From: Neoechinorhynchus agilis
Lineage: Eukaryota; Animalia; Acanthocephala
Assembly (NCBI GenBank): GCA_051530055.1
Contig: JBMGUZ010000048.1
Coordinates: 1 to 21,720, forward strand
Length of the DNA stretch: 21,720 nt
Direction of reading: 5' to 3'
Of the stretch, positions 19,895 to 21,720 are shown piece after piece (the first letter of the stretch is position 1; each line of letters opens with the position of its first letter). The translations under genes were made by a program, and so were the position numbers. A model generated the notes under the pieces. The model was not told where the DNA came from, ran no database searches, and worked only from the letters and a program-made list of their open reading frames with translations.

Positions 19895-21294
19895 ATGTCT
19901 GATTCCAGGAAAAGCTCTACTCATTCTCATGATGATGGTGATGAATCGTATCAAGGAAATAGAAATCAACGGATCGAAGGAAATTCATCAGAAACCAGTG
20001 AAGAATCGATTATTCTTATTGGTGCAAAGGGCCGACGAATAAATGCGTGGGGGCCGTACACCTACGCGGATTTGATCGCAAAAGCAATCTATAGCAGCCC
20101 CGAAAAGAGGCTGAAACTACGTGAAATTTATTCATGGCTGGAGGACAACAATTTATATTTTAATTTTCGAATGGGCCCCGTCGAAAGTAGGCCTTGGAAG
20201 GTAAGTTTCCCATAACTTAAAATTTTTACGGCCGCCGATATTGTATTTAGAACGCAATTCGACATTGCCTTACGATAAACAAAAAATTCGTTAAAATCGA
20301 GGACGACGATAATCCGAGAAGATCTTGGTGGACCATTGACCCGAATTACAGGGAGCCAGAACCCAAAAGACCGGGCCGAAAACGTACAAATCCTGGATCA
20401 ATGAACGATGATCGGAACAAACGGGCCCGGTCCTCATTTGAACCGAGAGATTTCGTTCATGCAGCACCCCATGAAATGAACAGGACGGTGGAAAATACGA
20501 ACGCAGCCTATTTTGTCCAAGGAATCTGTAATAACAGTACCAATATTGGAAATCGAAATGAACAGTTGGGTTTTGGGAATATGGCACCCAATGGATATTT
20601 TCCAAATCAAAATTTGAACTTGGCGAACAACCACCGAGTAGAAAACACGAACGCAGCTGCTTTAGTCCAAGGAATCTACAATAACAGTACCAATATTGGA
20701 AATCGAAATGAACAGTTGGGTTTTGGGAATATGGCGCCCAATGGATATTTTCCAAATCAAAATTTGGACTTGGCGAACAACCACCGAGTAGAAAACGCGA
20801 ACGCAACTAATTTAGTCCAAGGAATCTACAATAACAGTACCAATGTTGGAAACGAACAGTTGGGTTTTGGGAATATGGCACCCAATGGATATTTTCCAAA
20901 TCAAAATTTGAACTTGGCGAACAACCACCGGATCATTGATTTCGGAACACAGCAGAATAGCGCACCCGTCGAAAACATTAACATTGGAGGAAATGATGGA
21001 AATTTCAGATATGGCAATACAGCGATTCTCCAAAACGGATTAAGTATTCAAACCAATCAACGAGTCAACAATAGCAATCAGGCTAGTCAAATGGTTTGTC
21101 ACGTCAATATTTGCGTTGATCCGAATCACTCCCACGAAATGTCACAGTTTCTCCTTGTGCCGCTTTGTCAAAGATGCGGCGAAATAAAAGCCTTAAACTC
21201 AGGAGTTCTAATCTCGCAGGAGCAAGCGATGGTCGCTCTCCAAAACTACAACATTAACCAACAAAATAACAATCAATTCAATCCAATTGGATAA
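19895..21294 (+). CDS. foxO: Divergent FoxO-type forkhead transcription factor with 3 Asn-rich repeats, copy C; join(19895-20200, 20251-21294), 449 aa
   Basis: Same exon/intron structure as A and B, intron 20201-20250; exon 2 is in frame with ORF 20401-21294. Confidence 0.92.
20201..20250 (+). other. 50-nt phase-0 intron in forkhead domain, copy C
   Basis: gtaagt...gtatttag. Confidence 0.92.
20488..20931 (+). repeat. Coding tandem repeat, 3 units (150, 150, 144 nt)
   Basis: Counted from the translation; the last unit lacks RN. Confidence 0.97.
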
Positions 21295-21372
21295 AGGTTA
21301 TCGGACGGCAATCGTTATGCTCAACCGAAAAGAGCGCATTCCAACAAACCGAAACTCGGCTATTAAGCATAC

Positions 21373-21378
21373 AATAAA
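21373..21378 (+). terminator. Candidate AATAAA polyadenylation signal, copy C
   Basis: Same position as in copies A and B. Confidence 0.5.
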
Positions 21379-21475
21379 TATTTCGTTCATCATTGCTACC
21401 TAATCGAGCAAAAGAATAATTCAAAGACAAATCGATCAAAACGAAGCGCATTTCTCAAATATCGAATTATTTTAG

Positions 21476-21720
21476 CCTCCAGCGATTTCGAGAGTTAGAA
21501 GGGACGAAGTGCACTTCGCCATTTAGCAATCACTGCGAGGAAGCGTAGCGTCAACAGAGCCGTGTCCCTTGATGGCGCACAGTTCGTTTGCAGGAAATCG
21601 TTGAGCAATCCCGTAAATGCTTTGGCGACCTGATATCGTGCGCCCTTTGGGATCCGTTTCAGGACGATCCTGAGCAGGACCCGCGCAATATCGGTTATCG
21701 AAATAGAATCAGTGGTGATC
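21476..21720 (-). mobile_element. Probable fragment of the pre-RT region of a CRE-like non-LTR retrotransposon ORF
   Basis: The minus strand reads RIVLKRIPKGARYQVAKAFTGLLNDFLQ, resembling the LKRIPKGAR-type segment I recall upstream of the RT in such elements. GC content rises abruptly at the 21475 junction. Confidence 0.5.

Larger units (their letters stand above)
19417..21475 (+). repeat. Direct segmental duplicate of 12493-15153 (promoter, gene and 3' region of the FoxO-like gene)
   Basis: Homology starts at aaggttgatgagaactgg and ends at cgaattattttag; the flanks are unrelated to those of copy B. Confidence 0.95.

Overview
AT-rich animal (invertebrate-like) genomic DNA, with short GT-AG introns and no prokaryotic features; the organism cannot be identified from sequence alone. 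The window holds three paralogues of a divergent FoxO-type forkhead gene. Each is split by a 50-nt intron at the conserved WK|N position, so the ORF track shows each gene as two unrelated ORFs. Each protein carries an Asn-rich 50-aa tandem repeat in 11, 7 or 3 copies, giving predicted spliced lengths of 847, 651 and 449 aa. Copies A and B face outward in the arms of a large inverted repeat (1-5374 and 10923-15707; the left arm may extend beyond the window). Each arm also has a decayed, 5'-truncated CRE-like non-LTR retrotransposon and a degenerate tRNA-Gly. The ~5.5-kb spacer contains an intronless class B DnaJ gene and about 15 copies of a ~185-bp satellite. To the right are an orphan Gln-rich ORF, an AT-rich intergenic stretch, the third FoxO-like copy (direct duplicate, 19417-21475) and a probable further retrotransposon fragment.
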